From: Candidatus Pacearchaeota archaeon CG10_big_fil_rev_8_21_14_0_10_30_48
Lineage (GTDB): Archaea; Nanobdellota; Nanobdellia; Pacearchaeales; GW2011-AR1
NCBI GenBank assembly: GCA_002763155.1
Contig: PFCU01000048.1
Location: 1-36,699, forward strand
Reading direction: 5' to 3'
Length of the DNA: 36,699 nucleotides
The notes beneath the pieces are model-generated. The model ran no database searches and was not told where the DNA came from. It was given only the letters and a program-made list of their open reading frames with translations. Both the position numbers and the translations under genes were made by a program. Within the stretch, counting starts at the first letter, position 1; every line of letters begins with the position of its first letter. Positions 8,553-17,508 of this stretch are shown piece after piece.

Positions 8553-8737
8553 ATATTTTCATTAAATTAATTGTATAAAAAGATTATTATGATAAATTAT
8601 TTGAGTTTTATTTCTGAGGAAATTTAATTTTCTGAATACATAGTTTTATATATTAACTTTTTTATTAAATTATATCAAAATTTATTAGATTAAATTGGTT
8701 AGAGGAATATTCGCTATTTCTCAAAGATTATAATAAA

Positions 8738-10222
8738 ATGAATGCATTTGAAAAACTATTAGGTAAAGATAATCCTCTTTATTTGGCTGTTCAAGAACGA
8801 GGATTCGAAACGCCTTCGGAAATTCAAGAAAAATCAATTCCTGAAATTCTTAAGGGTAAAGACGTTATAGCTGGTGCTTCGACTGGAAGTGGGAAGACTT
8901 TGGCGTTCGCAGCAGGTTTAATAAAAAATATTTCTTCTGGAAAGGGTTTACAAGGTCTTGTTTTAACACCAACACGAGAATTAGCAGAACAAGTTTCTAA
9001 AGAATTGAAATTTTTCGCTAAACATAAAGACTTAGATGTTACAGCAGTTTATGGAGGAGTTGGAATTAATCCTCAAATAAAAAAATTAGAAAGTGTAGAA
9101 ATTGTTGTTGCGACTCCTGGAAGATTATTGGATCATATTGAAAGGAATTCTATTGATTTGGCTCGAATAAATACGCTTGTTCTTGACGAAGCAGACAGAA
9201 TGTTGGATATGGGTTTCAGAGACGATGTTAAAAAAATAATTCGTAAATGTCCTACTGAAAGGCAGTTCATGCTTTTCTCGGCGACGATTTCACCAGATGT
9301 TTTACATTTAATTAAAGATCAAATAAAAAATTATGTTGAAATTTCTGCGAAAGATTATGTTGACCCAAAAAAATTGAAACAGATTTATTACGATGTTAGG
9401 GATAATTTGAAATTTTCTTTATTAAAATATTTATTAGAAAAGGAAAAATCTGATTTGGTTATGGTTTTTTGTAATACTCGGAAGAATGTAGATTTTATCG
9501 TAAATAATTTGAGATCTTTAGGTATTGATAGTCTAGCGATTCACGGAGGGATTACTCAAGATAAGCGGAATAAAACTATGTTGGTTTTCCATTCTAAGGA
9601 AGTAAATGTTCTTGTTGCTACAGATGTTGCTGCTCGGGGTTTGCATATCGACGGAGTTAGCCATATTTATAATTATGATATTCCTGACGAGAAAAAAGAG
9701 TATATCCATCGAATTGGTAGAACTGCTCGGGCTGGAAAAGAGGGGATAGTAATAAATTTAATCTCTATGAGAGATTATGAAAATTTTAGTAGATTGCTTC
9801 CTAAAGAATTGGGAATTGTCGAAGAGAAAACTCCTTTTATTGAACAAGTTCAGGTTCGTTGGATTCCAGGAAGAGGGCGAGATTCTGGAAGAGATAAACG
9901 TTTTGGAGTTCGTGATTCTATGAGATATGAAAAAAGAGAAAGAGAAGATGGCACTCGAGATTCTGGAAGAGGAAGAATTCATAGTTCTGTTAGGAAAGAG
10001 GATTATAATTCTCCTAAAAAAAGAAGCAGACAAAAACCTAATCGAAGTGAAGGAAGTAGAAGTTCAGGATATTCAAGAAGTAAACCTTCAACTGATGGTT
10101 TTAGAGAAAAAACCGATAAGTCTGGTTTTAGGGGAAGTCGGGGCGGAAGAACTTCATCAAGAAAAAGTTCAGAAAGTAGCTCTGGTAGAGGATTTAAGAA
10201 AAAATTCTCTAAGAGATATTGA
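8738..10222 (+). CDS. DEAD-box ATP-dependent RNA helicase with about 120-aa Arg/Ser/Gly-rich C-terminal tail
   Basis: F..PS.IQ (Q motif), ASTGSGKT, PTRELA, TPGRL, DEAD, SAT, HRIGRTARAG. The tail reads GRGRDSGRDKRFG...GFRGSRGGRTSSRKSSESSSGRGF. Confidence 0.95.
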   Translation: MNAFEKLLGKDNPLYLAVQERGFETPSEIQEKSIPEILKGKDVIAGASTGSGKTLAFAAGLIKNISSGKGLQGLVLTPTRELAEQVSKELKFFAKHKDLDVTAVYGGVGINPQIKKLESVEIVVATPGRLLDHIERNSIDLARINTLVLDEADRMLDMGFRDDVKKIIRKCPTERQFMLFSATISPDVLHLIKDQIKNYVEISAKDYVDPKKLKQIYYDVRDNLKFSLLKYLLEKEKSDLVMVFCNTRKNVDFIVNNLRSLGIDSLAIHGGITQDKRNKTMLVFHSKEVNVLVATDVAARGLHIDGVSHIYNYDIPDEKKEYIHRIGRTARAGKEGIVINLISMRDYENFSRLLPKELGIVEEKTPFIEQVQVRWIPGRGRDSGRDKRFGVRDSMRYEKREREDGTRDSGRGRIHSSVRKEDYNSPKKRSRQKPNRSEGSRSSGYSRSKPSTDGFREKTDKSGFRGSRGGRTSSRKSSESSSGRGFKKKFSKRY

Positions 10223-11168
10223 TATTAATTCTTTTCTTAGAGATATATTCATAAGCGTAATATGCTGCGGTGCAACCATCTGCGACACCAGTTATTAATT
10301 GTTTGAATTCTTTATCTGTTACATCTCCGGCTGCGAAAACTCCTGCTAAATTTGTTTCAGAAGTTTTATGATTAATTATTATTTCTCCTGCTTTGTTTGT
10401 TTTTACTCCAAGAGACTTTGCTAAATCACTTAAGACGATATGCCCAATTGCAACAAAAATTCCGTCAAGTTTTAATTCTTTGGAATTTTTGTAGGGTTTA
10501 TCTAAAACAATAGAGGTTACAAATTTTTCTCCTTTAACTTGAGTTAAATTTGTATTGTTGATGATTTCTATTTTTTTGTTAGATTTTACTCTTTCAAAAT
10601 TTATGGGTTCAGGGTGAATTTCTTTCCCGCGGTAAATTATGTAAACTTTTTTTGCGTGTTCTGCTAAAACTAACGCATCTTTTGCAGCTGAATCGCTTCC
10701 ACCGATAATTGCAACAATTTTATCTTTGAATAAAGGACCATCACATAAAGCACAATAGTTTACTCCTTTGTTTTCAAGTTTTTTGCTTCCCGGAATATCT
10801 AATCTTTTCCATTTAGTTCCGGTTGCAAACAAAATTGTTTTCCCATTGTAAGTTTCTTTTTCAGTTTTAACTGAGAATTCTGATTTTGATTTTTTAATTT
10901 CTTTTACAAGTTCTTCTTTTATTGTTACTTTATCATATGAGCGCGTATGCGCTTCTATTTTTTCTGCTATTTCTGTTCCGGTTAATTTTATGAATCCAGG
11001 GTAATTTTCTACAAGATTTGTCGTCGTTATAACTCCTCCGATAGGTAATTCAGATCCATGAGAATGTCCAAGAATTAAAGTTTTCAAACCTAAACGCGCG
11101 GAATACATTCCTCCTGCTAAACCCACTCCTCCAGCTCCAATAATTATTAAGTCGTATTCGTTTTTCAT
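10209..11168 (-). CDS. trxB: thioredoxin-disulfide reductase
   Basis: YDLIIIGAGGVGLAGGMYSAR (FAD GxGxxG), redox CALCDG, IIGGSDSAAKDA (NADPH site), AAGDV. Its 3' end overlaps the helicase 3' end by 14 nt (convergent). Confidence 0.9.
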   Translation of the reverse strand: MKNEYDLIIIGAGGVGLAGGMYSARLGLKTLILGHSHGSELPIGGVITTTNLVENYPGFIKLTGTEIAEKIEAHTRSYDKVTIKEELVKEIKKSKSEFSVKTEKETYNGKTILFATGTKWKRLDIPGSKKLENKGVNYCALCDGPLFKDKIVAIIGGSDSAAKDALVLAEHAKKVYIIYRGKEIHPEPINFERVKSNKKIEIINNTNLTQVKGEKFVTSIVLDKPYKNSKELKLDGIFVAIGHIVLSDLAKSLGVKTNKAGEIIINHKTSETNLAGVFAAGDVTDKEFKQLITGVADGCTAAYYAYEYISKKRININIS

Positions 11169-11401
11169 TTTAATCCTAAAGCTTTTTTTAATTCTGATTC
11201 ATTAAATCCTACAACAATTTTTCCATCAATATCAATTACGGGAACTCCCATTTGTCCAGATTTTTTTATCATTTCTTGTGTTGATTTTTTATTTTTAGAA
11301 ACATCAACATCTTTAAAAGATATTTTTTTATCCTTAAGAAAGTCTTTTACTTTTTTACACCAAGGACATGTTGGCGTTGAGTAAACTATTATTTTTGCAA
11401 T
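11165..11401 (-). CDS. glutaredoxin-like (NrdH/YruB-type) small redox protein, CPWC motif, apparent ATT start
   Basis: Not in the supplied track. Hand translation gives IAKIIVYSTPTCPWCKKVKDFLKDKKISFKDVDVSKNKKSTQEMIKKSGQMGVPVIDIDGKIVVGFNESELKKALGLK*. The stop TGA overlaps the trxB ATG (ATGA at 11165-11168). There is an in-frame TAG at 11413-11411 and no ATG/GTG/TTG before the CPWC motif. GAGGT lies 5 nt upstream of ATT 11401-11399. Confidence 0.7.
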   Translation of the reverse strand: MAKIIVYSTPTCPWCKKVKDFLKDKKISFKDVDVSKNKKSTQEMIKKSGQMGVPVIDIDGKIVVGFNESELKKALGLK

Positions 11402-11463
11402 TTTATACCTCTAGATTAATTTATCTAATAGATTATTTAAATTTGCCGGAGACAGAAGAAACT

Positions 11464-11472
11464 TTTATAAAG
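11464..11472 (+). promoter_or_regulatory. archaeal TATA-like box TTTTATAAA (preceded by purine-rich GAAAC)
   Basis: Sits 32 nt upstream of ATG 11504. The same motif class recurs upstream of other genes here. Confidence 0.35.
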
Positions 11473-11503
11473 AGAATTTACTTGAATAAAGTAGGTTAAA
11501 AAG

Positions 11504-11710
11504 ATGGTGAAAGGAGGTATGAAAAAAATGGTTTGGTATGAAAAAACTGCTTTAATTTTAGCGGCTATTGGTGCAATTAACTGGGGTTTAGCTGAATTGA
11601 ATTTCAACATAGTTGATTTAATTCTTGGAAGTATCCCTATTGCAGCTACAATTGCTTACTACGTAATTGCTTTATGTGGTATCTATGCGCTATACAAGGT
11701 CTTTAAATAA
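11504..11710 (+). CDS. DUF378 family small membrane protein
   Basis: LILAAIGAINWGLAELNFNIVDLILGSIP...YYVIALCGIYALY matches the DUF378 pattern (IGAlNWGLvg..fNLV..lfG). The start may instead be ATG 11519 or 11528, downstream of GGAGG at 11512-11516. Confidence 0.7.
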   Translation: MVKGGMKKMVWYEKTALILAAIGAINWGLAELNFNIVDLILGSIPIAATIAYYVIALCGIYALYKVFK

Positions 11711-11720
11711 TTAGTAATAA

Positions 11721-11750
11721 TTTTTTTATTTTCTATTCTTTCTATTTTTT
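11721..11750 (+). terminator. oligo-T tract cluster (T7, T4, T6) after the DUF378 gene
   Basis: TTTTTTTATTTTCTATTCTTTCTATTTTTT begins 11 nt after the stop. Archaeal termination typically uses T-runs. Confidence 0.3.
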
Positions 11751-11820
11751 ATTCAATCAAAGGGATTTAAACGTGTTTCGGTAAATTTAAATAATTCTTT
11801 TATTATCTAATTAAAAGAGT

Positions 11821-12636
11821 GTGAAAATGAAATTGTTTATAGATAGCGCCAAAATTGAAGAAATTGAAGAGGCATATTCTTGGGGAGTTATTGAGGGGGT
11901 TACTACAAATCCTAGTTTAATGAAAAAGGCAGTTTCAGGTAAAGAAAATAATTTAGAAGATTATATTAAAAGAATTTTGAAAGTCGCGGAAAAAACTCCT
12001 GTTTCTTTAGAAGTTACGACAAGTGACTATGATTCCATGGTTAAAGAAGGAAAAACATTATATAAAAAATTTCATAAATTTGGGAATGTTTATATTAAGA
12101 TTCCTGTGAACCCTGCTTTTTGTGATGATAATAGTTGCAAGAGAAATGATTTTGATGGTATACGTGCGATTAGAACTTTAACTAAAGAAAAAATTCCGAT
12201 TAATTGCACTTTAATCTTTAGCCCAGAGCAAGCTTTGCTTGCAGTAAAAGCGGGAGCTAAATTTGTCAGTCCTTTTGTTGGAAGGGAAGATGATTTTATT
12301 CGCGAGAAAGCACATATTAAATTTAAGAAAGATGATTATTTTATTGGAGTTAAATCTAAAAAGAAAAATGATGCTGGAATTTCTTCTGGAATTGATTTAA
12401 TTAAGAAATGTAAAGAGATTATTTTTAAGAATAAACTAAAATCCGAAGTTTTAGCTGCAAGCATTAGAAATCCTCAACAACTGCGAGAAGTTGCGCTTGC
12501 TGGAGCTGATATTGCTACAATTCCATTTGAGGTTTTAAAAAAATTAATTGAACATCCTAAAACAATTGAGGGTATGAAAGATTTTAAGAGAGATATTGTT
12601 TTAGAGTATCAGAAAATTAGTGGGGTAAGGAAATGA
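11821..12636 (+). CDS. tal: transaldolase (type 3B / Fsa-TalC-like) with extra insertions
   Basis: MKLFIDSAKIEEIEEAYSWGVIEGVTTNPSL, VYIKIP (Schiff-base Lys region), INCTLIFS, SPFVGR. The protein is 271 aa versus about 215-220 aa usual. The start is GTG 11821 or ATG 11827. Confidence 0.85.
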   Translation: MKMKLFIDSAKIEEIEEAYSWGVIEGVTTNPSLMKKAVSGKENNLEDYIKRILKVAEKTPVSLEVTTSDYDSMVKEGKTLYKKFHKFGNVYIKIPVNPAFCDDNSCKRNDFDGIRAIRTLTKEKIPINCTLIFSPEQALLAVKAGAKFVSPFVGREDDFIREKAHIKFKKDDYFIGVKSKKKNDAGISSGIDLIKKCKEIIFKNKLKSEVLAASIRNPQQLREVALAGADIATIPFEVLKKLIEHPKTIEGMKDFKRDIVLEYQKISGVRK

Positions 12637-13916
12637 TAAAATTTTCATTTAAAGATTCATTGATTAAGGAAAGAGAGATTAATAAGTTAGCTAAAAAACT
12701 TCGCCCTGAAATTGAAGATATGCAAGAAGCTGAATTAAAAGAATATAACGACGATAGAGCTTCGATAAACTTACCTGATGATTTAGCAAGTTTGAAAAAT
12801 GTAAAAAGAGTAATAAGCGAATGTTTGAAACTTAATCCGGATTATTTAGTGGTTGTTGGAATTGGAGGAAGTAATCTTGGAACAATAGCTATTCAAGAAG
12901 CTGTCCTCGGAAAATTTTACAATCAATTAGATTCTAAGTTAAAAATATTTTATGTTGATACAGTTGACTCAGATTCTTTTGGTGATGTTTTAAGAATTTT
13001 AGAACCTGAACTTAAGAAAGGTAAAAAAGTAATTGTTAATGGGATTAGTAAATCGGGTAAAACAACTGAAACGATTGCAAATTTTGAAATTCTTGTTAAT
13101 TTGATTAGGAAATATGATAAGAATTATGAAAAATATATTGTGGTGACGACGGATAAATTTTCTCCGTTTTGGGATTTGGCTTTGGATAAAGCGTTTAATG
13201 TTTTGGAAATTCCTAGAAAAATTGGAGGACGTTATAGTGTTTTCTCTCCTGTTGGACTTTTTCCTTTAGGAATGTTAGGAATTAATTTAGAAAGATTATT
13301 AAGAGGAGCTAGAGAAATGAAAAAGATTTGTTTGAATGAAAATATTATGAAAAACCCTGCTGCAATGTCTGCTGCAATTGAATATGCAAATTATCACGAT
13401 GGTAAACACATTAGTAATTTATTTTTATTCTCAAGTGATCTAGAATCAATTGGAAAGTGGAATCGTCAACTTTTTGGGGAGTCTTTGGGTAAAAAAAATA
13501 AAGGGATTACGCCGATAACATCTATTGGAACTACAGACCTTCATTCAATGCTTCAACTTTATTTAGGCGGAAAAAATGATAAATTTACAACTTTTGTTTC
13601 TGTGAAAAAAGGAAATACTAAACTCGCTATGCCTAAATTGTCTGAATATGATTTACTTGTCGATGATATTCAAGGGAAAGAATTGGCTGATATTATGGAT
13701 ACGATTCTTCTTGGAGTAAAAGCTTCATATAAGATAAATAAAAGACCATTTATTTCAATTGAAATTCCAAATAAGAAAGCTTTTACAATTGGAGTTTTTC
13801 TACAATATAAAATGATGCAAACAATGTATCTTGGATTTCTTTTAGGAGTTAATTCATTTAATCAACCAGATGTTGAAAAATATAAAGAAGAAACGCGGAG
13901 GATTTTGAGGAGATGA
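12633..13916 (+). CDS. pgi: glucose-6-phosphate isomerase (short bacterial/archaeal PGI type)
   Basis: VVVGIGGSNLG, GISKSGKTTET, IGGRYSVFSPVGL, GTTDLHSMLQLYLGG. ATGA overlap with tal. Confidence 0.9.
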   Translation: MIKFSFKDSLIKEREINKLAKKLRPEIEDMQEAELKEYNDDRASINLPDDLASLKNVKRVISECLKLNPDYLVVVGIGGSNLGTIAIQEAVLGKFYNQLDSKLKIFYVDTVDSDSFGDVLRILEPELKKGKKVIVNGISKSGKTTETIANFEILVNLIRKYDKNYEKYIVVTTDKFSPFWDLALDKAFNVLEIPRKIGGRYSVFSPVGLFPLGMLGINLERLLRGAREMKKICLNENIMKNPAAMSAAIEYANYHDGKHISNLFLFSSDLESIGKWNRQLFGESLGKKNKGITPITSIGTTDLHSMLQLYLGGKNDKFTTFVSVKKGNTKLAMPKLSEYDLLVDDIQGKELADIMDTILLGVKASYKINKRPFISIEIPNKKAFTIGVFLQYKMMQTMYLGFLLGVNSFNQPDVEKYKEETRRILRR

Positions 13917-14980
13917 AACCAAGACTACTTATTGAGCCTAAAGATGTTAAACCAAGTTTTCCAGAGTGGAAAGTTATTAGCACGATAAATCCGGCAGTTA
14001 TTCGTCGTGATGATGGGAAAATTTTGATGTATGTTCGAGTTGCAGAACAAGATAAAAAACATTTGAAGGGGGAGGTTTGTCCTGTGATAACTTCTTATGA
14101 TGGTCTTACAGTTAGTACTGAAAAAGTTTTTGTACATCAATTGAAGAGGAGAAAGAAAGAAATTATTTTTTTGAAAGATGGAACTTGTAGACTGATGCAT
14201 ATCTCTCATTTGCGTAAGGTTTTATTGGATGAATCTGGAATGAATGTTTTAGAGATTGATGATGAACCGACATTTACAGGAATTGCTGGTGAGAGTGATT
14301 ATGGGGTTGAAGATCCGCGGTTTACAAAAATAGGGAAAAAATATTATATGACTTATGTTGGAGTCTCAAAGAATGAAGGAGTTTCGACTTATTTAGCTGA
14401 ATCAGATGATTTGGAAAATTGGAAACGGTTGGGAATTATTTTTAGAGAACAAAATAAAGATGCTTTTCTTTTTCCTGAAAAAATTGATGGGGAATATGTT
14501 GCGTTTAATCGACCTGAGAGTTCATTTCATTTTTCAAAGCCTGGAATTTGGATTTCTTATTCTAAGGATTTAATTTATTGGGGAAGAGATTTGAATATTG
14601 CTCGTCCTCGAGAGGGTTCGACTTGGGAGAATGAGCGAATTGGAGGAGGTGCGCCTCCGATTAAGACTAAAAAAGGTTGGTTGTGTATTTATCACGGCGT
14701 TAAATATATTGATGGTAAACAGACTTACAGTGCTGGCGCGATGCTATTGAATTTGAAACACCCTAAAAGAATTATTGCGCGTTCTTCTCCGAAAAAACCA
14801 TTGTTTGGTCCTAGTGAAAAATTTGAGAAAAAAGGTTATATTAATCAAGTTGTTTTTCCGACAGCCGTGGTTCCGACTTTAGATGGAAAAAGTTTATTAA
14901 TTTATTCTGGAGGAGCTGATAGGGTTGTTTCTGTAAGAAAAATTAAACTTAAAGAAATATTTAATCACTTGAAAGTATGA
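13913..14980 (+). CDS. glycoside hydrolase family 130 protein (beta-mannoside phosphorylase/hydrolase family)
   Basis: NPAVIR, YGVEDPRFTKIGKKYYMTYVG, NKDAFLFPEKIDGEYVAFNRP, WENERIGGGAPPIKTKKGWLCIYHGV, YSAGAMLLNLKHPKR. ATGA overlap with pgi. Confidence 0.85.
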   Translation: MKPRLLIEPKDVKPSFPEWKVISTINPAVIRRDDGKILMYVRVAEQDKKHLKGEVCPVITSYDGLTVSTEKVFVHQLKRRKKEIIFLKDGTCRLMHISHLRKVLLDESGMNVLEIDDEPTFTGIAGESDYGVEDPRFTKIGKKYYMTYVGVSKNEGVSTYLAESDDLENWKRLGIIFREQNKDAFLFPEKIDGEYVAFNRPESSFHFSKPGIWISYSKDLIYWGRDLNIARPREGSTWENERIGGGAPPIKTKKGWLCIYHGVKYIDGKQTYSAGAMLLNLKHPKRIIARSSPKKPLFGPSEKFEKKGYINQVVFPTAVVPTLDGKSLLIYSGGADRVVSVRKIKLKEIFNHLKV

Positions 14981-15711
14981 GTGTTGAAGAACAATTTACA
15001 TTTCTTGAAGTTACTAAAGCAGAAGAAGTAGCAAAGTTGGCTGCTAAAATAGTAGCGAATAATATTAAAGAAAATCCAAAAATTGTTCTCGGATTAGCGA
15101 CTGGAAATACTATGATTTCATTTTATAGAGAATTGGTAAAATATTATAAAAAGGGATTTATTTCTTTTTCGAGGGTTAAAACATTTAATTTAGATGAGTA
15201 TTATGGGTTGGATTCTAAATCGAAAACTAGTTTTAGAAATTTTATGAATAAAAATTTATTTGATAAAGTTGATATTAAAGAAAAAAATATTAATTTTTTA
15301 GATGGGGATGTTAAAAATTTTGAAAAAGAATGTAAACGATATGAAAATAAAATAAAAGAAGTAGGTGGGATTAATTTGCAAATTTTAGGTATAGGAGTTA
15401 ATGGACATATTGGTTTTAATGAGCCAGGCTCTTCTTTTACAAGTGTTACAAGAAAGGTGAAATTATCTCAATCTACGCAAAAAGTAAATGCTAAGGAATT
15501 TAGGGGAAAGGAAATTCCTAAATATGCTTTGACGATGGGGATTAAAACAATTCTTAGTGCAAATAAAACAATTCTTTTAGCAATTGGCGGGGAAAAAGCG
15601 AGAATTATTAAAAAAACTCTCGAAGGAAAAATAACAAAAAAGGTTCCAGCAAGTGTTTTAAGAAAACATAAAAATATTTTAATAATAATTGATTGCAAAG
15701 CAGGCGAGTAA
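14977..15711 (+). CDS. nagB: glucosamine-6-phosphate deaminase
   Basis: VLGLATGNTM, FNLDEYYGL, ILGIGVNGHIGFNEPGS, ALTMGI. ATGA overlap with the GH130 gene. Confidence 0.85.
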   Translation: MSVEEQFTFLEVTKAEEVAKLAAKIVANNIKENPKIVLGLATGNTMISFYRELVKYYKKGFISFSRVKTFNLDEYYGLDSKSKTSFRNFMNKNLFDKVDIKEKNINFLDGDVKNFEKECKRYENKIKEVGGINLQILGIGVNGHIGFNEPGSSFTSVTRKVKLSQSTQKVNAKEFRGKEIPKYALTMGIKTILSANKTILLAIGGEKARIIKKTLEGKITKKVPASVLRKHKNILIIIDCKAGE

Positions 15712-15742
15712 TATTTATAACTTCTATTTATTAATTATTTAA

Positions 15743-16336
15743 ATGAAGAAAGCATTAGTAATTGTTGCACATCCGGACGATGAAACTATTTGGATGGGGG
15801 GCAGTATTTTAAGGAATAAAAATTATGATTGGACGATTTTTTCTTTATGTCGTAAAAGTGATGATGACCGAAGACCCAAATTTGAAAAAGTTTGCAAAGA
15901 ATTAAACGCTAAATTTTTGATGGGAGATTTGGATGATGAAGAATTGAATGATTTAAAAATTGATTATGTTGAAGAATTTATTATTTCTTATTTAAAAAAT
16001 AAAAATTATGATGTGATTTATACCCATGGAGAGAATGGAGAGTATGGGCATAAAAGACATAAAGAGACCCATAATGCAGTTGTTTCTCTTGTGAATAAAA
16101 ATATTTTAAAAACTAGGGAATTAATTTGCTTTTCTTACATTAATAGTAATGAATATGTTCTGGGGTTTGATTTGAAAATTGCAATTCCTAATGAAAACTC
16201 TGAAACGATAATTAATTTAAACCAAGATGAACACAAGAAAAAAATGGAAATTGTTTCAAATATTTATGGATTTGATGAAAACAGTTTTGAAGTTTTATGT
16301 TGTAATAAACAGGAAGCATTTGAAAAAATAAAATGA
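15743..16336 (+). CDS. PIG-L / LmbE family N-acetylglucosaminyl deacetylase
   Basis: ALVIVAHPDDETIWMGG and YTHGENGEYGHKRHKETH (zinc-binding His/Asp pattern of the PIG-L family). Confidence 0.8.
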   Translation: MKKALVIVAHPDDETIWMGGSILRNKNYDWTIFSLCRKSDDDRRPKFEKVCKELNAKFLMGDLDDEELNDLKIDYVEEFIISYLKNKNYDVIYTHGENGEYGHKRHKETHNAVVSLVNKNILKTRELICFSYINSNEYVLGFDLKIAIPNENSETIINLNQDEHKKKMEIVSNIYGFDENSFEVLCCNKQEAFEKIK

Positions 16337-17508
16337 TAGAAGAATTAAAGAACAAACCGCTTAAAATTTTAGTTTTATATCCTCATCCTCCGGAACCGGA
16401 CGGAGTTAGCATGCAAGGGCATTATTTAATTAAGGGTTTGAGAGAGCTTGGAGCAGAGGTTATGCCTTGTGATAGAGCTGATAATTTACAAAAATTGCAT
16501 TCCTATAAGGCGTTTAATCCAGATGTTACAATTGGAATTGGGTATTGGGGAGATTCGCCAGAAGTTCTTTTTAGTCCTATGAATCATGGATTGAAAACAG
16601 TTCCTTGGTTTAATGCAGACGGTTGGGTTGCAAATTATCATGATATCTTGAATAATTTACCATTAATTGTTGCAACAAGTAATTGGGTGAAATCAACTTA
16701 TATGCGAGACGGTGTAAAAGGAGATAATATTTATGTTTGTCCTATTGGTTTTGATTCAGAAACTTTTTATCCAATTTCTAAATCAGATGAAAAAATAAAA
16801 AAATTGCGCGATTTACTTGGAATTAAAGATGATGAAAAAATGATTTTTACAGCGGGTGGAGATGTGACAAGTAAAGGAGCTCAGGAAATGTTTAAGGCTT
16901 TGGCAAAGATCGATAAAGATTTTCCGAATTGGAAATATGTGCTAAAAACTTATGATAGTTCTTCTGCTGAAAATCATGGTGTTGAAGAAGAACAGTTAAT
17001 TGAAGAGTTAGGATTAGATAAGAATAAGATTATTCGGCTTTCTGGTAAATACACTCCAGAATTTATGGCGATGTTGCTTAATGCTTGTGATATTTATGCT
17101 GCGCCTTCACGTCTTGAAGGTTTTGGAATGATTCAGCTTGAAGCGCAGGCTTGCGGGAAACCGGTTATATCAATAAATGTTGGCGGACCGAAAGATGTTA
17201 TTATCCACGAGAAAACAGGATTTTTAGTTGATGTTGCAACTGAAATTAAATTAGATGGCGAGTGGGCATATGATTGGATGGGCTTTGAAGAGAAGCATAT
17301 GATTAATTTTCCGAATCCAAAAACTTTTGCTTATAGGGCAGACATAAATCAACTTGCTGAGTATACTTTAAAATTATTAGTAGATGATTCTCTTAGAGAG
17401 TCTATAGGTCGAGAAGCAACAAAGCACGCTTTAGATAATTTTCATTATAAGGTAACTGCTAAAAAGATGTTGGATTTGATTAAGGGGAATGTTTTGAAAT
17501 TACAATAA
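16333..17508 (+). CDS. glycosyltransferase family 4 (GT-B, retaining)
   Basis: C-terminal EGFGMIQLEAQACGKPVIS...GGPKDVIIHEKTGFLV (E-x7-E type GT4 signature). ATGA overlap with the PIG-L gene. Confidence 0.8.
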   Translation: MIEELKNKPLKILVLYPHPPEPDGVSMQGHYLIKGLRELGAEVMPCDRADNLQKLHSYKAFNPDVTIGIGYWGDSPEVLFSPMNHGLKTVPWFNADGWVANYHDILNNLPLIVATSNWVKSTYMRDGVKGDNIYVCPIGFDSETFYPISKSDEKIKKLRDLLGIKDDEKMIFTAGGDVTSKGAQEMFKALAKIDKDFPNWKYVLKTYDSSSAENHGVEEEQLIEELGLDKNKIIRLSGKYTPEFMAMLLNACDIYAAPSRLEGFGMIQLEAQACGKPVISINVGGPKDVIIHEKTGFLVDVATEIKLDGEWAYDWMGFEEKHMINFPNPKTFAYRADINQLAEYTLKLLVDDSLRESIGREATKHALDNFHYKVTAKKMLDLIKGNVLKLQ

